A stretch of 64,000 nt of DNA from the human T2T-CHM13v2.0 reference genome, Homo sapiens: NCBI RefSeq assembly GCF_009914755.1, contig NC_060930.1; one strand, 5' to 3'. Each line of letters begins with the position of its first letter. Positions within the stretch are counted from its first letter, which is position 1. Below are positions 37,168 through 51,400 of the stretch, piece after piece. Made by a program: the position numbers and the translations under genes. The notes below the pieces were generated by a model that saw only the letters and a list, made by a program, of their open reading frames with translations, was not told the origin of the DNA and searched no databases.

Positions 37168-37212
<45 letters not shown>
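37168..37212. repeat. Perfect (TA)~22 microsatellite
   Basis: Directly visible. Confidence 0.98.
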
Positions 37213-37215
<3 letters not shown>

Positions 37216-37413
37216 TGGCAAAAGAAAATTTCTGATCCAAGATGCATTTACTGAATACCAAGTATGTGTTCATCACTGTGAGACAGAGAGACAAATAACT
37301 TTCTTATTTAGAAATTAAAACAAGCTTTAGGTAGCTATAGATTTCCTGAATAATAGCAAATAAGGAAATAAAAATCCAAGAAGCAGAGCAAATGATAAAA
37401 ATGTGTCTTTGTA

Positions 37414-38248
37414 CACTTCTCAAAAGAAGATATTTATGTGGCCAAGAAACATGTAAAAAAGCTCATCATCACTGGTCATTAGAGAAATGCAAATCAAAAC
37501 CACAATGAGATACCATCTCACGCCAGTTAGAATGGTGATTATTAAAAAGTGAGGAAACGACAGATGCTGGAGAGGATGTGGAGAAATAGGAATGCTTTTA
37601 CACTGTTGGTGGGAGTGTAAATTAGTTCAATCATTGTGGGAGACAGTGTGGAGATTCCTCAAGGATATAGAACTAGAAATACCATTTGACCCAGCAATCC
37701 CATTATTGGGTATATACCCTAGGGATTATGAATCATGCTGCTATAAAGACACATGCACATGTATGTTTATTGCGGCACTATTTACAACAGCAAAGACTTG
37801 GAACCAAGCCAAATGCCCATCAATGATAGACTGGATAAAGAAACTGTGGCACATATATACCATGGAATACTATGCAGCCATAAAAAAGAATGAGTTCATG
37901 TCCTTTGCAGGGACATGGATGAAGCTGGAAGCCATCATTCTCAGCAAACTAACACAGGAACAGAAAACCAAACACCACTTGTTCTTACTTATAAGTGAGA
38001 GTTGAATAATGAGAACACATGGACACAGGGAGGGGAACATCACACACCGAGGCCTGTCAGGGGGTGGGGGCCAAGGGGAGGGAGAGCATTAGGATAAACA
38101 CCTAATGCATGTAGGGCTTAAAACATAGATGATGGGTTGACAGGTGCAGCAAACTACCATGGCACATGTATACCTATGTAACAAACCTGCACATTCTGCG
38201 CACATATCCCAGAACTTAAAGTAAAATAAAAAAAAAAGGAAAAAAAAA
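37414..38248 (+). mobile_element. 5'-truncated L1PA (approx. L1PA7-like), ORF2 C-terminus plus 3'UTR
   Basis: ORF 37592..38005 is the L1 ORF2 C-terminus ([37 protein letters not shown]); poly(A); TSD gtgtctttgta at 37403-37413 and 38249-38259. Confidence 0.96.
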
Positions 38249-39098
38249 GTGTCTTTGTAGACCAAAAACAAGAAAGCAACTAAATTATCCTGAAGAGTGA
38301 AAGAAATGAAACAAATACTGTGCTCATAACACTATCATTGGTTAGGCTAATAATATGAGCAAAAGCAGCACTTTAATTGGTAATAGGAGAAGTGAGCTAT
38401 TACGAAGAAATGCAAAAAGGCAAAGTGATAGAACAATATTCAGCAGAGAAATTTTTTTTTGAGGAGGGGGAAAGGGCTCTGTAGATAGAGAGCTTCATTT
38501 GGACAGACTTCTTTGGCTTGAGTTTAGAACTCTTCCTGCCATCTTTGACATATTTCAGATTTAACTGTCAGCCCTAAGCACTGCCCCTCTTGGTACAGGA
38601 CTCTCCCTGACTCACCCATGCCTGTCTTTTAAGGAGGGGGACATCCCTAATGGAGTAGAAGCCGGGTTGCTAGTAGGTGGACTTGCTAATGGAAACTACT
38701 GTTTAGTGAGCAGAGTAGCAGAGAGCCAGTGGCAAAGAGAAGAGAAAGCAGCTTCCTTGGTTATAGAGAAGCACTGTGGGGTCCCATTTCAGGTTTCCAT
38801 TTGTTCATCACTTTGTACCATATCATTTGCATTTGTTGAGCCTCAGTTTTCTCATACGTAAGATGTATATATTTAATCAAGAATCCTAAACTATTCAGCG
38901 TTCCCATTTCTGAAAATCCATCTTTAGAAATCAATTATCATATCAATGGCTGGCCTCTAGTCACTAAGAAAAGTCTAAGTATCTTCTGTTCATTTATGTT
39001 ACAAATAATAACTGAATGCTGGCTGACTCCCAAGAATGTTACCAAAACTATCTGTGGAGAAGAGAAAGCTTAGTTTATTGCTAACCATGTTAGGATAG

Positions 39099-39408
<310 letters not shown>

Positions 39409-39559
39409 AAAGTTGAAATCTTTATAGACTTTTTGAAGTCAGATTTAAGGTGAAGCTTTCAGTGTGGGAGGTGGAGGTTTGTTAGTACTGGATAAGGATT
39501 ATAATATAGGCTTGGTGGATAGAGCAAGGAGAGGATTTTGAACCAAGAGGTTCAAACTG

Positions 39560-41360
39560 ACAATTTGCCAGTCTTCCAGAGGTTTCTTACTGGAGCTATC
39601 ACCATAGGCTCTTGATCCAATATCTACCTCTCCCTCTCAATGGCTGGCCTGATTTTCTACTTTACTGGGACCAGGTCATCACTAGGCATATGTTCTTTAA
39701 ATATTTTTTCTTCAACAAAAAGTCCTTGATTTCATCTATTCTTTCCTCTGCTCTTAGAGAAGAATGCATTCCTCCTTTTAAAACCCTATCTATACTATAG
39801 TCTTGTTCTTGTCCTCATAGCCATTCATCTATTACTTATCAGTTCCTATCATTCATCTATTACTTACCAGTTATCAAGTAATAGCCATTCATCTATTATT
39901 TATCAGTTTTTCCTCACATGCTAACCATCTCACTTCTCACTGATTCCTTTCCCTTGGCCCTCAAACATAATTATGTGTCTTTAAGTACAAAATAATATCT
40001 ACTAGGTCTGTGGGCTTCTAGCCATGGTTTCCTGTTCTTCTCTTCTGTATGGGTTTCTATCCCTTGCTTCCTTGAAAACTCCTGACAGACCAGGAAAAAA
40101 GCAGTCTGTCTTGAACCTCCAAATCCCTCTGAATGTAACATCCTCTCACTCCGCATTTCTTCTGTTCTCCACCAAGACCGTAGAAAATATAGCAAATGCT
40201 GCTTGTCTCCACTTTCTCATTCCCATTTACTTTGAATTTCATTGTAATCTAGATGCCTTGGAAAGGCTACAAATGATTTTCTAAGTGCCTATTTCAAGGG
40301 ATAGTTTAAATTCCTAATCTTTGTGGCATTTGATACTGGTGATCACTCTCTTTTCATTGAAAAGCATATTTCTTTAGCTTCTGACATTACTCCTTCTTAG
40401 TTCTGACTTCTGAAACCTCTTTCTCTCTCAGATTGATTCTTCCTCCCACATCTGCTCTTTAACTGTTAACTGTTGTTTGAACTTTTGTCCTTGTTTCCTT
40501 TTATCATACTATCTGGTCCCAGAGTAACTTCATCCCTAGGCATGACTTCCATTATCATGTATCCATGAATAATCCCCTAAATCTAAAGTTTCAAGCATGG
40601 CCTTCTCCTTAGTTTCTAATACTGAAACACTCAGTTATCTTGGATCTAAAGTACTATTTCCAAAATGAATTTATTATCTTTTTAATGAAAGCTCTTCCTT
40701 CTCTTCTATCCTTGGCTGTATTAAGGGAATCTTATCCATTTTGTCCAGTGTTTTCCCAACTTCCCAGATGATAAGTACCACCCCCAGCCCTTGTTATATA
40801 ATCGGACTACCAGGCCTCTTGCCTGGAAAATCTGATGTAGTTGTCTGCAGTGGGAAGTTTGGGAGGCACTAATGGGACTGAGCATCATTCTTGTTCTCTC
40901 CATCTATGTCACTCCTCCCTCACCCATTTTGTTACTGGGATATGCCCATTGTTGTGTGTCTATTGAGAAACGGTCAAACCACACCATTCTTCTCCATCCT
41001 CACTGTTACTGCTTTAGTTTTGGCCTTCATGAACAGTTTAGTGCCTTCAGTTTAATCCCCTATAATCCCATCCCCACCAGTCTCTGGGATGCTTATCTTA
41101 TATTTCTCCTTGGGTAGGAGCCTTCAAGGGATCCCTAGTTCAAGAAGAGTGAAGTCCAAGTCTTTAGTCAAGTCTGTCAATGGTTACTCTCTGCTTATTC
41201 TCCAAACCCAAACCTTCTATTTTCATTTCACTAAACATCCATAAGTTCTTTATCAGGCCATATTCTTTCTCACCCATGCTACCTCTTCCTGAAACACAAT
41301 CCCTCATGCTAGCTTCTTTTTATTGTGAAACCAGTTGTCCTTGAGACCAAATTCAAATAC
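39560..41360 (+). mobile_element. Long decayed L2 LINE (fragmented)
   Basis: C/T-rich L2 character; gcatttgatactggtgatcac (~40326) encodes AFDTGDH, close to the L2 RT motif AFDTVDH. Confidence 0.6.
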
Positions 41361-41779
41361 ATTAAAACGTATTTACTTGAAATACAATTAAGTAAACAGT
41401 GATTTTTGTCTGACAATTCCTCATGAAACTTCTTCATTAGTTTAATGCTGGATGCAACTTTTCGTGCTCTTGACAAGGGAGTGGTGTTTCACTGAAGAAA
41501 TATAGATAATTGTAGCTCAAATTTTAGCCTCAGATAGGCTTGAGGTCAATTCCCATTATTTCCATTCAATGACTCTATGATTTTGGGAAAGCTCTTTAAA
41601 CTGCCTAAGCTTCAAGTTCTCATCTGTAAATATAGAGATGATAATAATGAGACTAAATATCATAATGGAAGAAAGAAATGTGTTGAGCCCAGTTCCTGCC
41701 ACAAGTGGGGCTCCAGAATTTTCATATATGGTGATAATTTATAGCCCATATCAGAACTCTTTTGAGAATGAAAGAGGAT

Positions 41780-41851
41780 GATATTAATAATTTTTCTAGG
41801 AGACAATTGTAAACCAATGCTGCCCCATGACAAAGGACACATGGTTACCCT
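41780..41851. mobile_element. MER81/MER94-like hAT-Blackjack fragment
   Basis: tattaataattt...gacaa..gtaaacc...ggacacatggttacccta resembles the Blackjack-family terminus. Confidence 0.5.
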
Positions 41852-43749
41852 ATATATAGAAGGGACTTTGGGTTCACACTTTCCTTGGAAGGGGGATGGT
41901 AGCTAAAGGGCTTCAAATTATGTTGGCAATTCTATTTTTACCTATACTTTATGTTTTGGGGTGGGGTTTGGGCAAACTAAAGACTCACTTTGTACCATCT
42001 TTCTTGGCATATGGTAGGTAGCACAATATCCTTAGTCTTTATAGTGATTGACCTAGGAACTTGCCTTGGCCATGCCTGTTTCTATTTTCACTTTAAGCCT
42101 ATACTTTGAGGTCCTGCCTCAGACTTTAGCCTTTCCACTCTCTTAGTCTCTCTGGATTGGACGTTGAGCTGCTGGATTTTTTTGTAGGGGATATCTATTG
42201 TTCTTTAGGGACTGGAAATGGGGCCTCACCTACTCTGTCTTCTGGGGTGAGAGATCTGGCTGAGGCTGTTTCTCAGTTTTTCGGTCTTCAGTAAGCAAGG
42301 GAGGGCCCATTCTACATGTCTGGCTGCTAGGGCTTCCTCTCACCTAGCAGGTAGATGTTCTGGGGCTACTGATGAAGTGACTTAACCCCTTGCAATTTTC
42401 CATGGTATTCACAAATGATGGACATTTGTAGTGCTCTCCTGGAACTTTCTAATACCAGGGAGAATTCATGCCCCATCATTCACAGCCCAGCTTCACACCT
42501 ATGCTGGCTCAATGGCTTACCAATTGAGGGAAGATAAATTGCAAGTCCTCAGCCTAGTCATTCTCAATCTTGTTTTGAGAGGGCAAGACATATAGGGGAG
42601 GTGGGAGGTCCTTGTTTCTCCCTCCCACTCCACTACTCTGTATTAGGGACCCTCCTCGCATGCTGTCACAAAACCTTTTGCTTCCCAGTAACGCATCCCC
42701 CATATGATTTCGAGTAACTGTGCCTTTTCTTTTTTTCTTTAAAAAATTATTTTATCCCATGAGCTATTCTTTTGGATGCCTTTTCTTGTCTGTCTCACTC
42801 ACCAATCTCTAAGCTTCTTGAAGGCAAAATGTATTTCTTATTTTTCTTTTCACTTCCAGAATGTGGCACAATGACTGGCATTTATGGATTCTCGAAAAAT
42901 GTTTAAATGGATGACTAATTATTATGTGCGAACAACTCTGAGGAATGTTATACTTTTGGTCATACCTCAAACCAGCACCCTGGTGAGCTAAGCTCCTATC
43001 CTGTAATCTGGGATACGTCATTAGCATGGTGAAAAGTCTAAGTTGACTTTGACCTTCATTTTTTTTTTTTTGTTTCTAAGCCACTTTTACTTCTGAGCTT
43101 CATCTGGAGAGAAGTCCAGTTCAGCATACCTGCCAACAAGAGGCTCTGTAAGAACAATGTCAGGGTAGCCAGGCCTTGGGGCTTCTCACCTGCCTTGAGA
43201 GGGAAACCCTCCAGGAGCAAATGGCAGAGGCCCTTCTTTTCTGGTATGACCTGTAACTCTACAGACTCAAGAGAATTCATGACACTGGCCAAGGGGATGA
43301 CTGACACAGCTGGAGAGTGACTCGGGCTCAGCAAACCCACTTATGAAATGATATTTTGGCTTTTATTTGGAATGATCCTATTTTCATTTCAATTGTTTGT
43401 CACATTGTCCATCACTGCAAATGACCAAGGCTGGGTGCAAATCAGAAGTTTCATAAATACACGCTAAATGACCTATGCATGTCTTGACCCTTCTCTTCCT
43501 TATACATATGCACATTTAGTGCATAAACACCATATGGCACTCTATTTTCAGTCACTCCTTATGTCTATACACCCATGAAAAATTTATCCATTTTATATTG
43601 TTCTCCAGTTACCAAACTAGATGCTACAGAATTTCAGATTCATCGAGTGCAGTCACAGACCTCAGAGAACAAATAGTTCTGGTGAGAGGTGCAGACAAAT
43701 GAACAGAATGAATAATGAAATAGAGATCATTGATTCCAGATGACGGAAT

Positions 43750-43844
43750 CAAGGAGTTCGCAGCTGCCATGTGCCAAAATTGCACCACTGCACTCCAGCC
43801 TGGGCAACAGAGCAAGACCTTATCTCAAAAAAAAAAAAAAAAAA
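43750..43844 (+). mobile_element. Alu 3' fragment (AluJ-like)
   Basis: gcaccactgcactccagcctgggcaacagagcaagacc plus poly(A). Confidence 0.9.
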
Positions 43845-44385
43845 GGGGAAAACAAAAGAAAAACAAAGGTTGAAAGATGTACTATAAAGCACATGAAAAG
43901 GGTGGAGCTAACCAGCCCACTTGGAGGGCAAGCGGTGGTGGTAGAGATATTAGGGGGGACTTAACTGGCAAAAACACACTGAACTGAAGCTTTGGAATGA
44001 ACAGGAATTAGGAGGAGGGTGCTTGGAAAAGGGAAGAGCATTTCTGGCAGGAGGACAGCATGAGAAAATCCATAGGAGAAGCACGGCATTGTGTTTAAAG
44101 GAATGGGAAGTGATTGAGTGTTACTAGAGCCTCTTGTTCCAGCTAGAGGAGGGAAGGGGTAAAGCTAAGGAGCAGGGCAGGGTCAGACACAGTCCTCTCT
44201 GTGTTGGGGAGTCATTTAAGAATGACTTTCCATTTTGCAAAGAATGGTTTGCAAAAATGGAGCACTATTATCTGAGAGGAGAGGGATGGAATACAGAAAT
44301 ACAAGCTTGCTTAGATGAAGAGGTGAGAGGAAGGTGACAGCTGATTCCTAGATGTCCAGTCCTGGTGACAGGTTAACTGGTGTGA

Positions 44386-44645
44386 GAGTGAAACAGCACA
44401 ATGGTTAAAAGCATGGCCTCTGGAGCCAGATAGCTTGAGTTCAAATCTCAGCTTTGCCACTGCTAACTGTCTGTCTTTGGGAAGGTTGCTTAACCTCTCT
44501 GTGCCATTGTTTCTTCATAGGATGGTGATAATAATAATATGTACTTCTTAAGATTGCTGCGAGGATCAAATGAGTAAATATGTGGAAAGTGCGTTGAATC
44601 ATGACTGATGCATAGAAAGTACTATAGAAGTGTTTATCACTTTTA
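44386..44645 (+). mobile_element. Near full-length MIR
   Basis: cagcacaatggttaaaagcatggcctctggagccaga...ttcaaatctcagctttgccact...aacctctctgtgcc. Confidence 0.85.
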
Positions 44646-46108
44646 TTATAGGAAAGATTCTTTGAAAGGGGAAGAAGTTGAATTCAGTTTTAGACATGTT
44701 AATATTGAGAATCCACATGACAATATCCAGTAGTATTTGGCTGGATATGTTCGTCCAGAGTTCCAGGGAAAGGTCTTGACTAGAGAAGTAGATATTTTGT
44801 TAATTTCAGCATATAAATAAGTCTGATTAAAAACATGAGAGTGGATAGAATCCCGCAGGGAACAGGAGGAGAGTAAGGGGAGTAGGCCAAGGATGGAACA
44901 GAGAGTTCTCCAAGATTCCTTAGTATCTTTTGGGAATGTTTGGGAATGGGTAGACACCATAATCATTAAGAAAGCCTGCTTCTCACCTCCTGCTTAAAAT
45001 GTTATTTTTCTTTCTAGAAAAATTAGTGATCTTACAGTGATTATTTACAAACCTGAATTTTGTTATTGGAAGGATTTCAATAAGAGAAACTAGCAGATAA
45101 AGAAAATGCAATCTTGAAATAAATGATGTAGATAGAGTTGGAGAAGCGTTCCTAGTAGGTTAACCAGGAAATGAGAAAGCCAGCTCTTGAAAATGAAGAA
45201 GCAGAAACTCAGGGGGAATGAAAATGAAGGGACTAGAATCACTCTAGGAGGCACCTGCTGGCTGTGGGGAGAAGTCAGAACCATGAGCAAAGTCAGGAGA
45301 ATTTGAAGTGCAACTGGAGTCAGTGGGGAGACTCAGGTTAGCAACACAACACTATGGTGACTAGGTTTTCTAAACCAAGTCTGGGACACGGTATGACACA
45401 GGGCAAATGTTTAAAATCACAACTGTGGCCAAAATCTAGGAAAGATGCTGGCCATTCCCTTCCTGGAATGTGCAGTGCCTTGAACTACCTTCAGGTATCC
45501 TGAAAAAAGGCAAAGCTACCATAGGTGGCATGTTACAGACAAGTTATAAGCAGGGTGACCAGGGAAAGAAGTGACAGGTGGGAGAAGCTGGCATTTCAGT
45601 TGTGTTTAACAATAAGTAAGCGAGTTGACTTGGGGCTGCCTCTAATCTTCCCTCCCTAGAGCCCTTACCTTCAGTGGTCCGGTGGCATATCCTGGTGTCC
45701 TCATCCCTTCAGGAGTAATTTTGAGCAGTGGAACTGCAGGAGAGAACACAAATTTATTTTTCTTATATACAGAACTTCTCTCTGTGTGCTGTCAATATAG
45801 CTTTTTACTAAGCACTAAATCGACCAGCAAAACATTAGTTAAAGCTTGAATTCCAACATTGTGGCTTGGAAAAAATGGAGGTGGGTAACTCAGGCCCCAA
45901 ATAAAGAGACCAAACTCTAAGTAGCATCAGTGATTACGTGTGTATTTACATCTATGCTTCTGAGGAGGTAAGTAATCCATACACTTCCTGCAGCTGGCGA
46001 CTTCATGTTATATCATTAGGAATAGAAATAGTGTTTTGCTATGGGGCAGTTATAAAATAAAATGAACTCTTCTTCCGCAAATATTCTACTGTTGGCCAAT
46101 CAGTCCCA

Positions 46109-46166
<58 letters not shown>

Positions 46167-46170
46167 TCAC
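46109..46170. repeat. Compound (CT)n(CA)n microsatellite
   Basis: Directly visible. Confidence 0.95.
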
Positions 46171-47159
46171 AATTGCAGTCACTTAAATTTTAAAGTCTTT
46201 TTGAATGGGAAAGTGAGTAACTCAAGTACTTTTTATCAGGTTTTCTGCCATTAAAGTGCTAGAAGCTAGCAAAGGTGAAAGGAAGAGCTGGCTCAAATCA
46301 TCCAGGGCTTCGTTAAGCTATAGCTTGCTGAGGACAATTTCTTTTGGGTCCACCTTCCCCAAGAAAATGCCAGTTTCTTTTTCACCAACATATCTAAAGA
46401 AACCAATAGTAACCTTTGATGTGTCTCCCTGGGCTCTTGAACAAGCATTTAATTGAGAGCTTCTTAATTGGTAAGTGCTCAGATCTGAGTATGTCACCTG
46501 GGCCACTGAGGCCTCCATGCCTTGGTAGCACAATTCTTTGCAAATAAACAAAGCTTTGAGTTCCTGGAGAAAAATGCAGCTTACACAGCACTTAGGAACA
46601 CTCAAAAGGCCTCTGTTCCCTCTCCATACTAATGTGGTTTCACAAGAAGACCAAGATTATTTTATTGCCCCAGGATGCCAGGAAATTTTCATTTGGCTCC
46701 CTCAGATCTTTGGGATAAAAGTGGGACAGTAAGGAAAAGAATTCCCTTTGCTGTCTTAGATTTCTGTTCTCCAAGAAAATAAGTTTTTTAAGATCAGATA
46801 TTCTCGTTTATTTTTAGCTTTGGTGACTGTATTATTTTACATCCCCCAGTTTCATTTTTTTTTCAACGGAATATCTCCCCCTCTACTTCTTCCTGTTTTG
46901 GATCATTTCATGGGATTCTACTTTTGGCTAAAATACAGGTAGTATCTTTCACACATTATAGGCTTATTGACTTCATGTTCCCTCAACTTAATGGAAATGA
47001 AGAACCCAAGTATTCCCTACTTAGAAACTATAATCACAACTAAAAACTAACAAAGTAAATATACTTTCTAGTACACCCTTAAACAGTACATACTAGAAGT
47101 TTGTGAGGTGTGAGCTGTAAGAATAAGGTTGAATTTATCCATTGGATAGCTTATAAACA

Positions 47160-47380
47160 AGTGCTTCTCTGATCACCCTTCATAACATTGCACTCTCCCT
47201 GCCTCCATCACATTTCCTCTTCTTAATTTTTCCTCATAGCATGCAACACTTAACATAGTATTTGCTTATTTATTTCTCTGTCTCTAACCACTAGAATGGA
47301 ATTTACATAAAATTAAGGGTTGGATTTTATTTCTGCTGTACTTCTGGCATTCACGAACTATATGGCAAATGAATGAATTT
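47160..47380 (+). mobile_element. L2 3' end
   Basis: ttcctcatagca...tctctgtctctaaccactagaatg...aaatgaatgaat. Confidence 0.55.
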
Positions 47381-48259
47381 GTGTATTTGAAGAAACTAAA
47401 TGCTGACTTTAAACCTTAAACCAGTTTCAAAAACTCTATTATTCCATTTCTTAAGCTCTCATCTTAAATAATTCTGGCTCAGATTTGTAATAAAATATTT
47501 CATCAATTCTAGAAGCAATGAGAAAGAAGAAAGAAACCTGTAACCTTACTCTTATTACTGAAGTGAGGGAAAGGAATCTCTCTCTCCCTCTTTCACAGAG
47601 AGCTCTAGTGTTCAGATTCTCACACACATGGACTTAGTTCTTTGTATTTTCATATCCTGGCACCAGGTGCTTAGCTTTTTTCCCAAGTTTTCCTGTAATT
47701 CTGCAAGAATTATCTGGCTTGAGAAATTTATCTATTAAATGGTCTTCCAAAATACATCAGCAGTTGGCAAAATCAGAATCCAAAGCTCTCTACCAGTTAT
47801 GAAATTTGAAATGTTATAAACATTCCCAAAATGGGAAAGAAAAAATATAACTTGCCACTTTGAATTCATTTGGGAAGCAAATGGGGTGTAAATAATAAAT
47901 CACAATAAAATTAACATATATGTACATGTTTCATATGTATGTTAATTATATATAAGTTCACTAAATGTTTATATATAAATATATAATTATAAATATATAT
48001 GTAAATTCACACCCATTTTTCTCCTAGGTTATTCAGTATTTCTTTTCCTCTTCAGCTATTCTCCAAATGCTCAAATGAAAGATTTACTTGCATACTGAAT
48101 AAACATGTTCTATATGGAATATGCATAATAAATATTATTAAAAAGGAAAGTTATGCTAATCTGATTTCCTCCGGATTGCTCTCAAAGCTTTTCTATATGC
48201 TTTTTACCATAAATTTAATAAACCACTTTCTTGACTTTGAAAGTTTGCTCCTCAAATAT

Positions 48260-48490
48260 TTGAATTTTATTAGTTTTTCATTATGTGCTAGGCAGCTCCA
48301 TACAGATTGTGTAACTTGATGCTCACAACTAACTTGTGAGGTAGACACAACACAGAATCTGGGATTCTGAAATTTCGAGAAATTAAGTTACATACCCAAA
48401 GTCACACAGAGAGCAAGGCACAGATCCAGGATTCAAATCCAGGTCATCCTGGCTTTAAATACTGTGCCTCTTCCTCCTGTATATTACACC
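48260..48490 (-). mobile_element. MIR SINE
   Basis: ctcacaact..cttgtgaggtag...cccaaagtcacacag...ccaggattcaaatccagg. Confidence 0.65.
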
Positions 48491-51400
48491 TAGCATCTGA
48501 CTTCTTACATAATCACACATTTGTTTCTCATCCTATTGAGGCCTGGGGAAGCACCAGATGACTAGAAAACCTAGATTAGTTAAGACAGCGCTGACCTGGA
48601 AGAGAAGTTATTCTTTGTAGAGTTTGGTTTTCTTACCTGTAGAATGAACATGGAGGATTTTAAGGCCTCTTTTAGTCCTAATATTCTACGGTAAAACAAT
48701 GGTCTTAATTGGAGTCAATTAAAATAAAATATGATTTTAAAATATTAAGTGTCTCAGTGTTAGAAATTATATTCCAAATTTACATTATTCAAAAAGGAGA
48801 AATATGTAAAAACAATAACTATTAAAAAGTCTTTGTATAAAGTATAGTTATACATTTAAATCTGGATTAAATTTTTTAAATTTTATTCATATAAAGTTGG
48901 GACAGTAACAACCATAAAATGCTTTATTAAAAAAAAAAATGACTAGATTCTCCTGATTTTTACCATTTCCTGAAAGGCACAGAGAAACTCCCAGGCCTGG
49001 CTTTAGAAAAGGTGGCCAACACAGTTGCTTCCAAGAAGGGGCAAGTCATGCCTGATGTGATACATTCTCAAATGCAAGCACAGCTCTAGAATCTGGGGGC
49101 TGCACATGGAGTCTGCAAGGCCACCTCCTGGTATCCATTTTGTTCTCTAAGGTTTGACAAACAACTGCCCCTCCCCCAACTCCCGACACTTTCAAACTGG
49201 TGAAGAGGGCATTGTGTCTTATTTAAAATGAAACGGACTGTTCCAACACCTTCCCGATAATTAATCTATGGTAAAATGTAGGTTTAATACCACAGTCTCA
49301 TTTTCATGTTGAGGCTAATGTTCTCTGACCTGAAGTTTTGCCTTTCCCTCTGAATGGTCTCGATTATTTTTAATGTCGTTTGACTGCCCTGCTGTTCTAT
49401 AAATCACATTGGTGCTTTCTTCCTTTTAATCATGCTTATATACACTACAATATTTTCCACTAAATATAGACATACTCTTTATAGCTTCTTAAAGTACTAA
49501 CAATCTCTTAAAGCACTAGTAACCCAATACAAACGTCTAAGAGCATTATAGTAAGCCAAGTTAAAAAAAAAGTTAAAACACTTTTTTGAGTACATTTTCT
49601 TTGAGAATGTTACTATTTTTGTCTAGTGGAGGTTTCATTTTTGAGGAGGATGATGGAAGAAAAATCTCAACAGACTTTTACCATTAACATAACTTTAAAG
49701 AGACAATATATAGTATAAGAAATGAGAAAAACAAGAGACCCGTTTTATTGGCAAGATACGTAAATTAGTATCTCAATTTGCCAAGACAGCACTGACATTG
49801 TGAAATCTGACATTCAGAATTGCTAAGATCTCAACACACTACTCATATGTTGTTTAAAGATGATCCTTGCTTTCAAAAAACATCTCCCCAAATCATACTT
49901 TCCATCCAGAAATTCTGCTATCTAAACATTCCAGAGACTTTCAAATGGAAATAGTCTCCATAATGCAATATTTGTGGGGGCTGGGTGAGGCCAAAATCTC
50001 AGGGGAAAAATGTCCTTTAGAATCTTTATCAAAGTGAGTAAGACTTCAGAAGGAAAATCCCCATGCATTTGTTGTTAAAATCAGTTCATACTCATCTAAA
50101 TATTTTAATGAAATAATCTTAAGTCAGGATGCAGCATTTATTTTATCATTTGAAGAATTAAATCCAGAATAAAAGTCAGAACCTTTCACTGAACAGGTGA
50201 ACAAAGTATACCTGAGACAAATAATCCCATCTACTGAATATAGCCTACAATTTCTAATGTAGTTAGTAAAGTAAAATTACATACAAAAAAATACAAAATA
50301 CAATAGTTAGCACATTAAATATTTTAATAATAGTTTCATTTTAAAATTACAGTAAATGGAGAAGTCCTTTACACAAATGTCCCAGTGAGCTCACATGCAC
50401 ACACACCCTTTCCAACCCTGCCAGATTTACCTATGGTTTAGGAGGGTAAGATTTTCATCAGGTTATAGAATTAAGCCTAACTTTACCTTCTCATGTTAAG
50501 CATTTGTTCTGACATATGTTTTTTTTTTTCTTCCAACCTTGTTAGATTTTTTTATTCCATTTTTATAGGACAGCTTTGACTCTGCACTAAACCATGCCAC
50601 TAACACGTTACTTAATCTAACTGGCACATTGTAAAATTTTACACATGCGCTCATCCAGATAATTACACAATTAATTTTCACTTAGTTCAGCTGAAACGGG
50701 GATAATGAAATTTCCACTGGTGTACTGTTACGTCCAGGGGCCAAGGGTCAGTTTCCTGTTTGGATAAGGGTGAGTTTAAAGAGGATTTCTGACAGTCTCC
50801 TTACTTCAACTGGTTCTAAAAACATTGCAATGGAATTTCAATTTACAGCTAAATTCAATGAAAGGAGCAGATGTTGGGAGTGTGCCACCACCCTGCGAGA
50901 GCGGCCTTCCACACAGGTGTGTGCAGGGAGCCATCAGCTCTTGCTTTAAAGACAGGTCCCTTCTACCTTCCATTCTGTAGTGAAAAAGTGGATGACAGAC
51001 ACTTGGAATTCATTTTTCCCTTAAGGTTTAGACATCTGCTGAGCCACAATGCGATATTAAAGCAAAGTTCTCAGTTCTCAGTGCTTTCATTCTAAAGGAA
51101 AACAGTAGAATACTAAGGACTAATTTGTTTCCAGGATACTGAAATCATATTCTTGTGAAATTTCTTAGTGCAAAAGAGGCCCAAAGTCTAGGTTTTCCTG
51201 ATGGTAAAAGTGGGGAAATTTTACTTTGAAATAAGTGTAAATCTTTATTTTTCCTTGATAGTCTGTTTGCTTGTTTTGCCATAATTTCAAGATTTAATTG
51301 TCATCCTTAGGACCGACTATTTTATAAACAGCAGTGAAACATGTCCAACATGGAAAACATGGATGTGTTAGCAAATCCATTTTCTTTCCTTAAAATATTT

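Larger units (their letters stand above)
43690..44900 (-). mobile_element. L2 LINE (reverse), interrupted by an Alu fragment and a MIR
   Basis: gaagagcatttctggcaggaggacagcatg and gttgaattcagttttagacatgtt are reverse L2 hallmarks. Confidence 0.6.

Noticed and set aside
37592-38005. 137 aa ORF (and 174 aa ORF at 52985-53509)
   Set aside because: C-terminal scraps of L1 ORF2 in 5'-truncated copies; not autonomous genes
39817-39908. Repeat-spacer pattern resembling a CRISPR array
   Set aside because: Spacers are only 5-8 nt, there are three units, the context is eukaryotic and there are no cas genes
51336-51362. p53-like site AAACATGTCC followed by AACATGG repeats
   Set aside because: Only one good half-site; the neighbours are mis-spaced and mismatch the YYY positions
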